Source: Planctomycetota bacterium
GTDB taxonomy: Bacteria > Planctomycetota > Planctomycetia > Pirellulales > UBA7805
Length of the DNA: 64,000 nt
Assembly (NCBI GenBank): GCA_003389215.1
Contig: QQVP01000134.1
Location: forward strand, 9,850 to 73,849
Direction: 5' to 3'
The translations under genes were made by a program, and so were the position numbers. Positions 1-11,287 of this stretch are shown in pieces (position 1 is the first letter of the stretch; each line of letters begins with the position of its first letter). The notes under the pieces were generated by a model. It did not search any database. It was not told the DNA's origin and saw nothing but the letters and a program-made list of their open reading frames with translations.

Positions 1-1010
1 ACGTCGCGCCCGACTTCGATATCCGACTTGAAACTCCGTAGCGGCTGGGCCAGCTCACACTCGATGTCGTGTCGCTCGACGAGCTGGCGCACCAGATACT
101 CGCTGGCTTCGATGCCGCCGAGCAGCGTCCGCGAGAGCGGGGCGCCGCGGAAGGTGACGCTGTGGTAGCGAATGCAGTTGGACAATTCGTTCGCCAGGCG
201 ATCGACGACCGGCCGAATCGCCTGCGAGACGCCACGGGCCACTTCGGCGTCCTGTTGTTCGGCGCGACGATCCCCGTTGTGGCGACGCAGCATGGCCGCG
301 TCGGCCAGGCTCATGCCCAGGTAACGTGCGGCGGCCTCGTCCATTTGCTGACCGCCGACTTCAAGGTACTTGATGAACAGAATCTCAGTTCCCGCGGCAA
401 TCACGACCGCGGTCTTCGAGGCACCGACGTGCACGAACATCACGCGCTGCGAACGATCCTCATCACGCCGAAACTGCAGCGCGTAGCAACGCATCAGGGC
501 CAGCGGCTCGACGTCCACCGCGACCGGACGCAAGCCGGCCGTCGTGACGGACTCGAGCAGCCGCTCGAGAACCGGCCGGTGGCACGCCAGCAGGATGACT
601 TCTCGCCGCATCGAACCGCCGTGACGAATGTCGGCGGCCTCCAGATAGCGGACGTCTGTCTCGGCAATGCTGTACGGCACCCGGGCGGCGGCCTCCTGGG
701 CCACGACCGCGGAGAGATCCCCGTCGGGCGACTTGGGCACGCGGATGTTCTGTACGAACAACTCGCGGGAACCAAGACTGAGCACCGCGTCGCGTCCCCG
801 GAAGTCGCGGCAGCTGATCGCCTGACGCAGCGCGTCGCCCAGTGCCTCGGCCCGCTTCTGTGGATCTTCATCGCGAGCCTCCTCGGGCAGTTCCCAGCGG
901 ACCGCCTCCTCGATGCGCGTACGATCGCCGCTCAGCTGCAACAGCTTGATCGTCTGGCTGCCCACATCGACACCGATCGGGCCACATCGTTTTCCAGTCA
1001 GGCGAATCAT
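1..1010 (-). CDS. pilM: type IV pilus assembly protein PilM (3' end runs off the left edge of the window)
   Basis: Reverse complement from ATG at 1008-1010 reads MIRLTGKRCGPIGVDVGSQTIKLLQLSGDRTRIEEAV... with no stop for ~336 codons; actin-like ATPase typical of PilM. Absent from the ORF track because no stop lies inside the window; the plus-strand ORF 69-1025 is its antisense artefact. Confidence 0.8.
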   Translation of the reverse strand, partial: MIRLTGKRCGPIGVDVGSQTIKLLQLSGDRTRIEEAVRWELPEEARDEDPQKRAEALGDALRQAISCRDFRGRDAVLSLGSRELFVQNIRVPKSPDGDLSAVVAQEAAARVPYSIAETDVRYLEAADIRHGGSMRREVILLACHRPVLERLLESVTTAGLRPVAVDVEPLALMRCYALQFRRDEDRSQRVMFVHVGASKTAVVIAAGTEILFIKYLEVGGQQMDEAAARYLGMSLADAAMLRRHNGDRRAEQQDAEVARGVSQAIRPVVDRLANELSNCIRYHSVTFRGAPLSRTLLGGIEASEYLVRQLVERHDIECELAQPLRSFKSDIEVGRD

Positions 1011-1021
1011 TGGCTCAGGAG

Positions 1022-1648
1022 TTAGGTGGGGTTTTGCAGCGGATCGACGTCGCCGCCCTCGGTTTCGCTCCCGACCCAGTTGGCGTTCGTCGTCTCGACG
1101 TCGCCGAAATCGACCAGGCCGGTGACCGGGTTGATGGTGAGCGTGACGAAACGGCGGGCATCACCGTCGCCCGCGGTCAGGGTCAGAAACGTCTCCGCGG
1201 AACGGCTCGTTTCGCCGAGGGGGCCGAATTCGACCGTGGTGACCGGCGTTTGATTGACCGAGTCGGCGTACATGGCCACGAACGACGCGGTGAGCGAGAT
1301 GCCCGGCAGCGTGGCAAGTCGCGTGACCCGTTCGTCGGAGGCGTCGCTGGCCGCGCGGAACGGATCTTTGGGCAGCGTGTCGAGGGCCGAGTTGGTGCCG
1401 GTGTGCGTGAGCGTCAGCAACCCGCCGTTGGCGTCGACGGCCAACTGGTAGCGGCTGTTGTTCGAGATGGCGAGATTGCGGGCGTAGTCGATGTCGGCGG
1501 CGACCACGCGGGCCGACGTCATCAATTGCCGGTCGATTGCCGGACTGAACTGCGGCAAGAGCATCGCGGCCGCCAGGCTCAAAAAGACGACCGCGATCAT
1601 CACTTCGATGATCGTGTAGCCGGCGGCGGGGCGGGGCGGGGCGCTCAT
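1022..1648 (-). CDS. prepilin-type N-terminal cleavage/methylation domain protein (pseudopilin)
   Basis: Short leader MSAPPRPAAG followed by YTIIEVMIAVVFLSLAAAML, a class III signal (G|Y-T-I-I-E plus hydrophobic helix). Start moved to the internal Met. Confidence 0.75.
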   Translation of the reverse strand: MSAPPRPAAGYTIIEVMIAVVFLSLAAAMLLPQFSPAIDRQLMTSARVVAADIDYARNLAISNNSRYQLAVDANGGLLTLTHTGTNSALDTLPKDPFRAASDASDERVTRLATLPGISLTASFVAMYADSVNQTPVTTVEFGPLGETSRSAETFLTLTAGDGDARRFVTLTINPVTGLVDFGDVETTNANWVGSETEGGDVDPLQNPT

Positions 1649-1728
1649 CGCAAGGGTTGCCTGTTGGGGTCGATGCGACACCGGCAGGCTGTCCCCTCAC
1701 AACGAGGAGAGAAACGCGCGGCGCGCAG

Positions 1729-1977
1729 TCAGTTCTGGTTGTCTTCGGCGATCGTGACGTTCACTTCGCCGCTCTGCAGCAAGCGATTTTGCTCGGCGAT
1801 CAGACGGTGAATCGCTTTGAGCTCCTCGATAATCTCCTGACGCTGCGCGATGGCGTTGGCAAATTGGCCGGTCGCCTCCCGCGGCGCGGCCTCGCTCCGG
1901 CCGTAAAAACTTAGCACGCAAACGCATACGACATTGGCCGCCAGCAGTAGGGCGAACGGACGCCAGGTGCGAAGCAT
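1729..1977 (-). CDS. small membrane-anchored hypothetical protein in the pilus cluster
   Basis: 82-aa ORF with N-terminal hydrophobic segment LLLAANVVCVCVL and a coiled-coil-like remainder; co-directional and tightly packed with the pseudopilin genes. Confidence 0.4.
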   Translation of the reverse strand: MLRTWRPFALLLAANVVCVCVLSFYGRSEAAPREATGQFANAIAQRQEIIEELKAIHRLIAEQNRLLQSGEVNVTIAEDNQN

Positions 1978-1990
1978 GGTTTTCTCCTGC

Positions 1991-4252
1991 TTAGAGATCG
2001 GGACTGTCGGTCCAACGAATCAGGTCCCAACGAAGACCCCCGTCGTCGGGATGAGGCACAAAAATCGGGTCGTTCCAGTTGTGCCAGTGATACGAGACTG
2101 GACTCGATTCGGGGCGCAGCGTCAAGGCCGAATCGGGCGGGACATTGCCAATCGCGCCGGCGGCCTCGATCATCTCGGGGAAGTACGTGAAGCTCTGGCC
2201 GGGTAGATAGAAAAATACCAGCCAGCTGGCCACGCTGTACATGTCCCAGTCCAGGTCGTCCAGCTTCTGCAGGCGGAACAGGGCCACGGCATCCTGACTC
2301 CCGTGTTCGCCCACCGCCGACCACATGCCGTTCGGTTCGATCTCGAATTGCTCGGCCAACACGCGACCGTTGATCGTCAGGTCACCCTGCGTGAAGTCGG
2401 CCGCCTTCACCAGCCGCGTCCCGACAAAGGTAAACCCATTGATCTCGGCGCCGACGTCGCCTTTGCCCCAAAGTTCCTCTTTGGTGATGACCGCCGGCAA
2501 TTGGATCGGCTCGCTGGTGCCGTAGAGCGGTGGCAGATCGACGGCCGAGAACGTGTTGCCGGTGTTGTAGAGGTAGAGATTCCCGCCGAAGACCGAAAAG
2601 TAGTCCTTCACCAACAACGTCCCCTGGAAGTCGACGTTGCCGTAGAGGTAGACGTCGCCCGTGTTGTCGTAGACGCCCAATGGATTGTTGACCGGGTCAG
2701 GCCCCACGCTCGTCGAAACCAGGGCCGCACTGACCTCCTCGATCGGATATTCGCGACCTCCGGTATAGAGCCGGTACGACTGGGCCTGACTGGGAAAACT
2801 CAGGGGGGCCGTGTAGCTCGGCGTTGTGTCGATGGTCGATACGCCCAGGTTCTCCGTCAATCGTTGCAGCGAGGCGGCGTCGGTATCGGACAGCGGCAGC
2901 GTCACCGGTCCCTCCAGCGGTCGCTTGTCGTCGCTGCCGGCCAGCCGCATCGCGTTCAAATCGCGGAGATACTGTCCTCGTGAGCTGCCCGGCGGGCGAT
3001 CGCCGATGAAGACGGTCCCCAGCGGCTGCTCGGCAATATTTCCGCTGACCGTCGTCTGGCCCACGAGCACGCCGTTCTTATAGAGCCGTAAGTCGTCGTT
3101 GTTCCGCACGATGGCGACAAAGTACCACACGCCCGGCAGCAGGACGGAGTAATCGTACACGCTGTAGGTGCCGTCCTCGGTCTTGATGCGTCCGGTGAGG
3201 TAGGCGCCGCCTCCGACGTCCGTCGTGCCCAGCGACCAGTAGTGGTCGACCTCCGTGTGAGCAATCGCTTTGGAGATGATCGTCGTATCGACGCCGGAAA
3301 ACGAGTCGGCCTTGATCCAGGCAAAGATGGTCATTTTGTCGCCGACGATGTCAATGGTGCCGACGTCGATAAAGTCGTCGATACCGTCGAAGTGGGCGGC
3401 GGTCCCGTCGATTCCCGCAACCCCCGGATCCGCTTCAACGTATTGGCCGTTCGTTCCGCCGGCGGCGTCCGTGGCGACCGTGCTGCCGGCCGCTTCGTCA
3501 AGTCGCCACCAAGCGATGGGATCCCGATCCCCATAACGGTCTTCCATGCTGGGCAGCAGAACGTTCGGAGTGATCCCCGCCAAGAAAATGTTCAGCACGT
3601 CGATGGTCGAATGGTCGTCGTCGTAGACGGCCACTTCGTCGATCGTGCCGTGAAACGGCTTGGCGTCGTAGGGATAACTCTGGGCCAACTGCAGCGGACC
3701 GGCCAGGTGAACCGGCCCTTCGATGCGGCACGGCAACTCGATCTTCGCGGTGTGGTCCCCCCACTGGTAAAGCGTGTAGTTCGTTACCGAGTTCCAGCCT
3801 GACGGCGAATCGGAGAGCTTCCGCGGCACCAGCTCCACGACGGCCTCGATGGTGTGCGTGGCCTGAATCGACGAGTCTTGGGGATGTTGGGCCACGCCGG
3901 TCGCCAGCAACGTGACTCGCCAGGGGTACTTGTCGTAGTCGGCGTCCCCCTGGGCCAAGGAGCTGTCGCCCGTGGTGAAGCTGACGGTATACGACTCGGT
4001 GGCGCTGAGCGTGCCGGCCAGGTTCGTGTCGACGCCGGTCCAATCGGCCTCGTGCATCTTTTTCAGACCAAGATTCATTCCGGCCATGGCGGCCTGGCGG
4101 GCGTCGAGCATCCGGCCGCCGTTGTCCTCGATGACCAGCTGCGTCGTCTGGCTGCGGATCATCGAGTACGACAACGCCAACACGACCGTGATCGTCGCCA
4201 ACACGACGAGCAGCGCCACGCCCCGCTTCGGCTTGTTTCGGTGTCGGCTCAT
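1991..4252 (-). CDS. large pilus-associated protein with N-terminal TM anchor and LamG/concanavalin-like jelly-roll domain
   Basis: Start at internal Met MSRHRNKPKRGVALLVVLATITVVLAL. Its ATG overlaps the TGA of the upstream pseudopilin gene (ATGA). Segment WWRLDEAAGSTVATDAAGG...FDGIDDFIDVG...MTIFAWIKADSF is a typical LamG-like domain. Confidence 0.7.
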   Translation of the reverse strand: MSRHRNKPKRGVALLVVLATITVVLALSYSMIRSQTTQLVIEDNGGRMLDARQAAMAGMNLGLKKMHEADWTGVDTNLAGTLSATESYTVSFTTGDSSLAQGDADYDKYPWRVTLLATGVAQHPQDSSIQATHTIEAVVELVPRKLSDSPSGWNSVTNYTLYQWGDHTAKIELPCRIEGPVHLAGPLQLAQSYPYDAKPFHGTIDEVAVYDDDHSTIDVLNIFLAGITPNVLLPSMEDRYGDRDPIAWWRLDEAAGSTVATDAAGGTNGQYVEADPGVAGIDGTAAHFDGIDDFIDVGTIDIVGDKMTIFAWIKADSFSGVDTTIISKAIAHTEVDHYWSLGTTDVGGGAYLTGRIKTEDGTYSVYDYSVLLPGVWYFVAIVRNNDDLRLYKNGVLVGQTTVSGNIAEQPLGTVFIGDRPPGSSRGQYLRDLNAMRLAGSDDKRPLEGPVTLPLSDTDAASLQRLTENLGVSTIDTTPSYTAPLSFPSQAQSYRLYTGGREYPIEEVSAALVSTSVGPDPVNNPLGVYDNTGDVYLYGNVDFQGTLLVKDYFSVFGGNLYLYNTGNTFSAVDLPPLYGTSEPIQLPAVITKEELWGKGDVGAEINGFTFVGTRLVKAADFTQGDLTINGRVLAEQFEIEPNGMWSAVGEHGSQDAVALFRLQKLDDLDWDMYSVASWLVFFYLPGQSFTYFPEMIEAAGAIGNVPPDSALTLRPESSPVSYHWHNWNDPIFVPHPDDGGLRWDLIRWTDSPDL

Positions 4253-5130
4253 GGATTGAGTTCGTAATAGACGGCGGCGGAACCGAAGAAGGGGATCACC
4301 GTGGCCGTGGTGGCCGTCGCGGTGCGATCGCCCTGCAGCTGAAAATCGAAGGCCACGCGCGACTGCCGCAGCCCGCTTTGCGAGCTGTGGATCCCCTGGA
4401 CCCAGGGCAATTCGGTGAAGGCGGTGTTGCCGAGCTGGTAGTCTTGCCACTCTTGCTCGCTCGGCTGGTGAAACGGCGCGAACTGGAGCACACCCCGCAG
4501 CCCGCCGCCGGTGCCCGACACGTTGGCCGTGTGCAGCAGGTCGCTCAACTGCACGACGACCGCGTTGGGATGCGTCTTCATGGACGCCGTCAATGCCAGC
4601 CAGGCGGCCGTGTCGCCGGTCGACGACGTCGGCACCGCGAGGGTCGGCGTGGTGATCTCCACCAGGCGATTGGGGCTACTCTCGTCGTAGGTGAACAGGA
4701 CCAGCTCGCTCGCCAGCGGCAAGCCGTCCGGACTGGCGGGCTCGCCGTCGGGCAGCCAGACCACGAGGGTATCGTAGAACTGGTACGTGGAGACCGGCCG
4801 GGAGACCACGAGGAAACCGGGAAATTCCTCGCTGGTGTGGGCCGCAGCCACGGCACGCTGAATCCGCGCGATCGCCACCCGGGCATGCTGCATGGCCTCG
4901 CCGCTCTGTTCCACAAAGTCGCTGCTTTGGAAAGCGGCCGTGCTGAGCGTTGCCATCGCCACGCCGATGAGCGCGACGAGGCCGACCGCGACGATCATCT
5001 CCGCCATCGTGAACGCTCCGCGCGCAGCGCGACCACTCCGGACTCGCGGCAGGCGGCGACTCGGTGGTTTGGGGTTACAGGCTGGGCACATAGCCAAACA
5101 CTCGGCGGATCGTGGTAAGTTCCTGTTCAC
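4249..5130 (-). CDS. prepilin-type pseudopilin
   Basis: RG|AFTMAEMIVAVGLVALIGVAMATL N-terminal methylation-type motif. True start may be a non-ATG codon closer to the motif (ORF leader is 38 aa). Confidence 0.65.
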   Translation of the reverse strand: MNRNLPRSAECLAMCPACNPKPPSRRLPRVRSGRAARGAFTMAEMIVAVGLVALIGVAMATLSTAAFQSSDFVEQSGEAMQHARVAIARIQRAVAAAHTSEEFPGFLVVSRPVSTYQFYDTLVVWLPDGEPASPDGLPLASELVLFTYDESSPNRLVEITTPTLAVPTSSTGDTAAWLALTASMKTHPNAVVVQLSDLLHTANVSGTGGGLRGVLQFAPFHQPSEQEWQDYQLGNTAFTELPWVQGIHSSQSGLRQSRVAFDFQLQGDRTATATTATVIPFFGSAAVYYELNP

Positions 5131-5785
5131 TGCCGTCGGAAAGGGTGTCGGACACCCGAACCTCGACGGCCCTCATGCCGCTGACGCTGGCGTCGGGTAG
5201 GCGCACCGACGGGTTGCTCTCGTCGACGTAATAGACGTCGATCGTCACGCGCCACTGGTCGAGGTAGCCTTCCGGAATGTGAAAGTCGTTGTGACGAACG
5301 TTGTCGTCCGGGTCCCGCTGACCGAGAGGCTTGCCGTAGACGTCGCGCGGCGGAGACGCGTCGTAGTCGTCGAAGTCATCGATGTCGTCGAAGTATTCTC
5401 GCGTCATTCCCTGCCACTCGCCCGCTTCGGCCCCGAGCGGCCAGTCGTAGGCGGTCCCGCTCACATCGTGGTAGGGCTGGGCCATCACTTCGTCGACGAT
5501 CTGTTCGGCCACCCCGGCGGCCAGCATCTGGTCGAGCGTGTATTGGGTCGTCTGTACGGCGCTCGTCATCGATATCATCAAGGCCGCCCCGGTCACCGTG
5601 GCCACGGTGATGGCGATTAACGCCTCGGCCAGCGTGAAGCCACGACGGTCCGCGACGCGGCGGCTGTGGCCGCTGCGCTGGACGGTTCGGCGGTGATAAC
5701 GACAGAACGGCGGCACGAATCGGCTTCCCAAGGCCTGCGGGTTCCCTCGGCGCGCAGAGTCCCCCAAACTGAGTGACTCACGCAT
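5075..5785 (-). CDS. prepilin-type pseudopilin
   Basis: Canonical RRG|FTLAEALIAITVATVTGAALM motif. Start uncertain (possibly GTG/TTG nearer the motif). Confidence 0.7.
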   Translation of the reverse strand: MRESLSLGDSARRGNPQALGSRFVPPFCRYHRRTVQRSGHSRRVADRRGFTLAEALIAITVATVTGAALMISMTSAVQTTQYTLDQMLAAGVAEQIVDEVMAQPYHDVSGTAYDWPLGAEAGEWQGMTREYFDDIDDFDDYDASPPRDVYGKPLGQRDPDDNVRHNDFHIPEGYLDQWRVTIDVYYVDESNPSVRLPDASVSGMRAVEVRVSDTLSDGSEQELTTIRRVFGYVPSL

Positions 5786-5947
5786 CAAAAACCTACGTTC
5801 CGCACAGCCGCAGTCAAACGCGCGGAACCGCAGGATTGCCGCAATCGGCGTGATCGCGAGCGAGCCGCTGTGTCGCGAAAAATCAACGTGCCGCCGCGCC
5901 ACGTCTGCGACGGCGTGCCCTTCCCGGGCAGCTGGTTCGGCGGCAGC

Positions 5948-7027
5948 CTAGTCCCGGACCCAGTCGAGGGCCCAGTCGAGAGCGACGTCGAGCGAGGTCG
6001 CTGCGTGGGTCAGGGCTCCCACGCTAATTCGCTCCACGCCTGTGGCGGCCAGCTCGGCGACCGTTGCCAGCGTGACACCGCCGGAGGCCTCGAGCTCCAC
6101 GCCGGGCGCGGTCGCATCGCGCACCGCGACTGCGCTTCGCAGATCGTCCCGTGACATGTTGTCGAGCAGCACGATGTCGGGCCCCGCCGGCAACGCTTCG
6201 GCGAGTTGATCAAGCGTGTCGACTTCGACCTCGACGAGGGACGGAACCTCGACACGGGCAGGGCCGTCCCCGGTCGTCGTTCGACCGGCGTTGGCCTGGA
6301 GCAGCTTGCGGGCCTGGCGCACGGCGGCCGCGACGGCAGCAACGCCCACGTCGTCACCGCGCGGTATGCTGTTGGCGTTCGCGAAGGCGAGGTGGTTGTC
6401 CTTGATCAGCACGGCGTCGAACAACCCCAAGCGGTGGTTGTGCCCCCCTCCGCAGCGCACCGCATACTTTTCCAGCCGTCGCCAAGCTGGCGTCGTCTTG
6501 CGGGTGTCGTAGATTCTGGCCTTGGTGCCGGCCACTGCTTCGACATACCGTCGCGTCAGGGTCGCGATTCCCGAAAGCCGTCCCAGCAAATTCAACAGTG
6601 TCCGTTCGGCGGTGAGAAGGTCACGGACCGCCCCCTCCAGGACGGCAATGGTCTCGCCCGGCTCCAGCGCTTCTCCGTCCGCCAGCTGCGAAGTGAGGGT
6701 CACGTTCGCGTGGAACTCATCGAGCACCAGCTGCAACGCAGGCAATCCCGCCAACACGCCCGAGCCGCGGGCCACAACCTTCGCCGACCCCCTCGCATCC
6801 TGGGGAACCAACGCGACGGTCGTCCAATCGTAACTGCGGTCGAGGTCCTCGCGGATGGCCAGTCGGACGATCTGCCGACAGTCGTCCGCGACGTCGGCGT
6901 CCCATTCGATCTGGCGAAAGTCATCGTTCACGTCGATTGCCAACAAAGCCGAGTAGAAGCTGGAAGGCGGCACGCGGCTTGGACCGCGCGGCTTCAGGTC
7001 GGGCCGCGCGACGAATCGTCGATTCAA
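5948..7027 (-). CDS. nadC: nicotinate-nucleotide pyrophosphorylase [carboxylating] (quinolinate phosphoribosyltransferase)
   Basis: YDTRKTTPAWRRLEKYAVRCGGGHNHRLGLFDAVLIKDNH signature plus C-terminal SVGALTHA. The ORF has ~30 extra N-terminal residues compared with typical NadC; the true start is probably a TTG/GTG near 6930. Confidence 0.85.
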   Translation of the reverse strand: MNRRFVARPDLKPRGPSRVPPSSFYSALLAIDVNDDFRQIEWDADVADDCRQIVRLAIREDLDRSYDWTTVALVPQDARGSAKVVARGSGVLAGLPALQLVLDEFHANVTLTSQLADGEALEPGETIAVLEGAVRDLLTAERTLLNLLGRLSGIATLTRRYVEAVAGTKARIYDTRKTTPAWRRLEKYAVRCGGGHNHRLGLFDAVLIKDNHLAFANANSIPRGDDVGVAAVAAAVRQARKLLQANAGRTTTGDGPARVEVPSLVEVEVDTLDQLAEALPAGPDIVLLDNMSRDDLRSAVAVRDATAPGVELEASGGVTLATVAELAATGVERISVGALTHAATSLDVALDWALDWVRD

Positions 7028-7150
7028 CTAAACGTCGATTCAGTAGTGGCCGGCCGCCGCCATCTTCATAATATCGGATAGCCCCCGAGCCGGTGAGGTT
7101 CCCGGCGCCGCCCTCCGTGCCGCCCGCCTAGACCACGAGAGCAGGTCCCC

Positions 7151-7591
7151 TTGTCCAGCCGTCCGCCTAACGACGCCGAACGAGGTCCCGTCCTTCGCCG
7201 TAGCGACCAGTTGGCCGTGGCGGTGCTGGTTGCGGTCGGCCTGGCGTCCTTGGGCGGGTACTGGGTTCATCGAGCGATCATCGGCTCGCGGCTGATCGAC
7301 ATCGACCGCGCGGCGCCGCTCGAGGCCCGCTTTCAGGTCGACGTCAACGCGGCCGCGTGGCCCGAGCTGGTACAACTGCCCGGGGTGGGCGAGGTGCTGG
7401 CCCGGCGGATCGTCGACGAGCGCAGCCAGGGCGGGGCGTTCGCCGATCATGAGGATCTGGCTCGCCGCGTGCGGGGCATCGGCCCTCGAACTCTGGAGGG
7501 GATGCGACCCTACCTGCTGCCAATGCCTGAGGCCGGCAGCGTCGCGGGCGAGGGCGAAAGTTCGCGACGGCGGGCCACACGGGGTGGCTGA
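7151..7591 (+). CDS. comEA: ComEA-family helix-hairpin-helix DNA-binding protein
   Basis: N-terminal TM segment followed by INAAAWPELVQLPGVGEVLARRIVDERSQGGAFADHEDLARRVRGIGPRTLEGMRPYL (tandem HhH). Confidence 0.75.
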   Translation: MSSRPPNDAERGPVLRRSDQLAVAVLVAVGLASLGGYWVHRAIIGSRLIDIDRAAPLEARFQVDVNAAAWPELVQLPGVGEVLARRIVDERSQGGAFADHEDLARRVRGIGPRTLEGMRPYLLPMPEAGSVAGEGESSRRRATRGG

Positions 7592-7789
7592 CGAGACCGC
7601 CGCACACGCGTTCTGCCTGCCACCGCTCCTTCCCGTACGCGTCAAGACGTGTGGCGTGAAATGCTTGACTTGATCGTGCGCGGGACGATGTGCCAAGATG
7701 CGCGTTTGCCAAGTGCGTGCGGCTGGCCAGAATAGGCAGGCCAGCCGGTGTGGAGCCTGCCGCACGATCACGGCATTCGGAGACGCCCT

Positions 7790-9859
<2,070 letters not shown>

Positions 9860-9970
9860 CGACTTGGCGAGCTTGCGGTGCCCAGTGGCATCCGCCCGTG
9901 CGGCGTCGTCGCTTCGGCCGCGTCGGCTTCGGTGCCTCGCGACAAAATCGGGGCGCCGCGCAAGAAAATC

Positions 9971-10002
9971 GGGAGCACCCCGCAACGTGTCGGGATGCTC
10001 CC
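9971..10002. terminator. GC-rich hairpin between convergent uvrB and the small lipopeptide gene (possible bidirectional terminator)
   Basis: gggagcaccccgcaacgtgtcgggatgctccc: 7-bp outer stem GGGAGCA/TGCTCCC plus inner CCCG/CGGG pairing. On the minus strand it is followed by GATTTTCTTG. Confidence 0.4.
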
Positions 10003-10062
10003 GTGAATTTCCGCTTGTCGCGACCACCGTCGCCGCGAGGCGTCAACACTCGGTGGGCGAGC

Positions 10063-10230
10063 TTATTCGCCGCCTTCGCCTTCGGCATCACCTTCGCCGC
10101 CGGCATCACCCGAGGCGTCGCCAGCGGCATCACCTTCGCCGCCGCCACCGTCACCTTCGCCGCCACCATTGCAGCCGAAGGTGAAGGTCACCAGACTGAG
10201 CAACATCAAAAACATTCCCAGTTTCTTCAT
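10063..10230 (-). CDS. small secreted/lipoprotein-like peptide with Gly/Glu/Asp-rich acidic repeat tail
   Basis: MKKLGMFLMLLSLVTFTFGC|NGGGEGDGGGGEGDAAGDASGDAGGEGDAEGEGGE. Strong SD-like GGGAGGG 6 nt upstream of this ATG. Signal peptide ends at Cys (lipobox-like). Hairpin terminator downstream. Confidence 0.5.
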   Translation of the reverse strand: MKKLGMFLMLLSLVTFTFGCNGGGEGDGGGGEGDAAGDASGDAGGEGDAEGEGGE

Positions 10231-10718
10231 CGAAAGCCCTCCCAAGATAGATGGATTAACTCACCGTTTCGATATCCGATCCGTCCCGGCCAGCCGTCGG
10301 CGCGGCGACGAGATCGACGTCCAAGTCTCGCTCACGACCCGGCGTTGCCGGGCCGAAGACGCATCTGCGTGCCTCGGCCTTGTTCCGGGTAAGGGGTCCA
10401 TAATAGCAGTCGCCCTGGGGGCCTGCCAGGACCGCTAGCGTTCAAAACAAGGCCATTTCTGCGAATCCACCACCGTGGGATCGTCCCCCTCCGTACGTCC
10501 GTTAGGGACCACCTGACCCTCCGTGTCGCAACGTGCGCCGCAAGCCATTGGCGGTTTGGGCACTTTGCGGTCTCTTTGCCTCGTCCCGATGGCCTTGGTC
10601 GAATCCCGCTAATCCGATTGCGGCGCTTCCGCCGATTCCAATCAGAGTGAGTCGTCTTGCCCGACCAAGGTGTCGGCGAACGAATGCCAACGCCAAACTC
10701 AATTTGCGGAACCGCCCC

Positions 10719-11126
10719 ATGAAGACTCTGCTGACCTTCTCCGCCCTCGGGTTCGTGGGGTTCGCCCTCGTGGCCCATGCTCAACCGCCTGAGCACTCGA
10801 CGTACCGGACGGGGGCCGAGACCGCCGACGACCTTTGGCAGCACGATCTGGCCGCGACGCCCGAGATGTGGTTCTATCTGCAAGAGAGAATGCGGAACGA
10901 CGATCCGCAGGTCGTGCTGCGACGCAAGGCGGAGCTGAAGGCCCAACAACGCCGGCAACGAATTGCCGCTCGCAAGGCCCTGGGAGTCTCGACGTCGCGC
11001 CCCAACGTTCGCGATACGGTGTTCGGTGGCTACTACGCGCGATCGTATCCTTACTGGCGGAGCCGCGCGGCCTACGCCTGGTGGAATGATCGAACCGCGC
11101 CGAGCAGCAGCGCGGCGCGCCGCTAG
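10719..11126 (+). CDS. secreted hypothetical protein
   Basis: Internal start MKTLLTFSALGFVGFALVAHA|QPPEH (signal peptide), then Trp/Arg-rich mature region. The longer ORF-track start at 10533 has non-coding-like composition. Confidence 0.55.
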   Translation: MKTLLTFSALGFVGFALVAHAQPPEHSTYRTGAETADDLWQHDLAATPEMWFYLQERMRNDDPQVVLRRKAELKAQQRRQRIAARKALGVSTSRPNVRDTVFGGYYARSYPYWRSRAAYAWWNDRTAPSSSAARR

Positions 11127-11287
11127 AGCGCTTTTCATTTCCCTGTCGCGTCTCGGCGGGCTACGACCGCGTTTGACGTCGTCGACCTGTATCGACGAAT
11201 CTCCTGGATTCGCCTGCTTCGGTCTCCTTGTCCAACTTGCCTCGCGGGCACCGACGACGCGACATCGATCTGAAAAACACTCTAGTC
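11124..11287. repeat. copy A of a conserved ~160-nt intergenic element with terminal inverted repeats (TAGAGCG ... CTCTAG)
   Basis: Shares a near-identical ~90-nt core (GGCGGGCTACGACyGCGTTTGACGTCGTCGACCTGyATCGACGAATCT...TGCTTCGGTCT...CCAAaCTTGCCTCGC...ACGACGCGACA) with 19165-19326. Begins exactly at the TAG stop of the upstream gene. Confidence 0.7.

Noticed and set aside
69-1025. 318-aa plus-strand ORF
   Set aside because: Arg/Ala/Gly-rich nonsense translation; it is the antisense shadow of pilM, which reads cleanly on the minus strand from ATG 1010.
7630-7700. Possible SOS (LexA) box upstream of uvrB
   Set aside because: No CTGT-N8-ACAG or GAAC-N4-GTTC type dyad found; only a TTGACT hexamer with no suitably spaced -10, so no call made.
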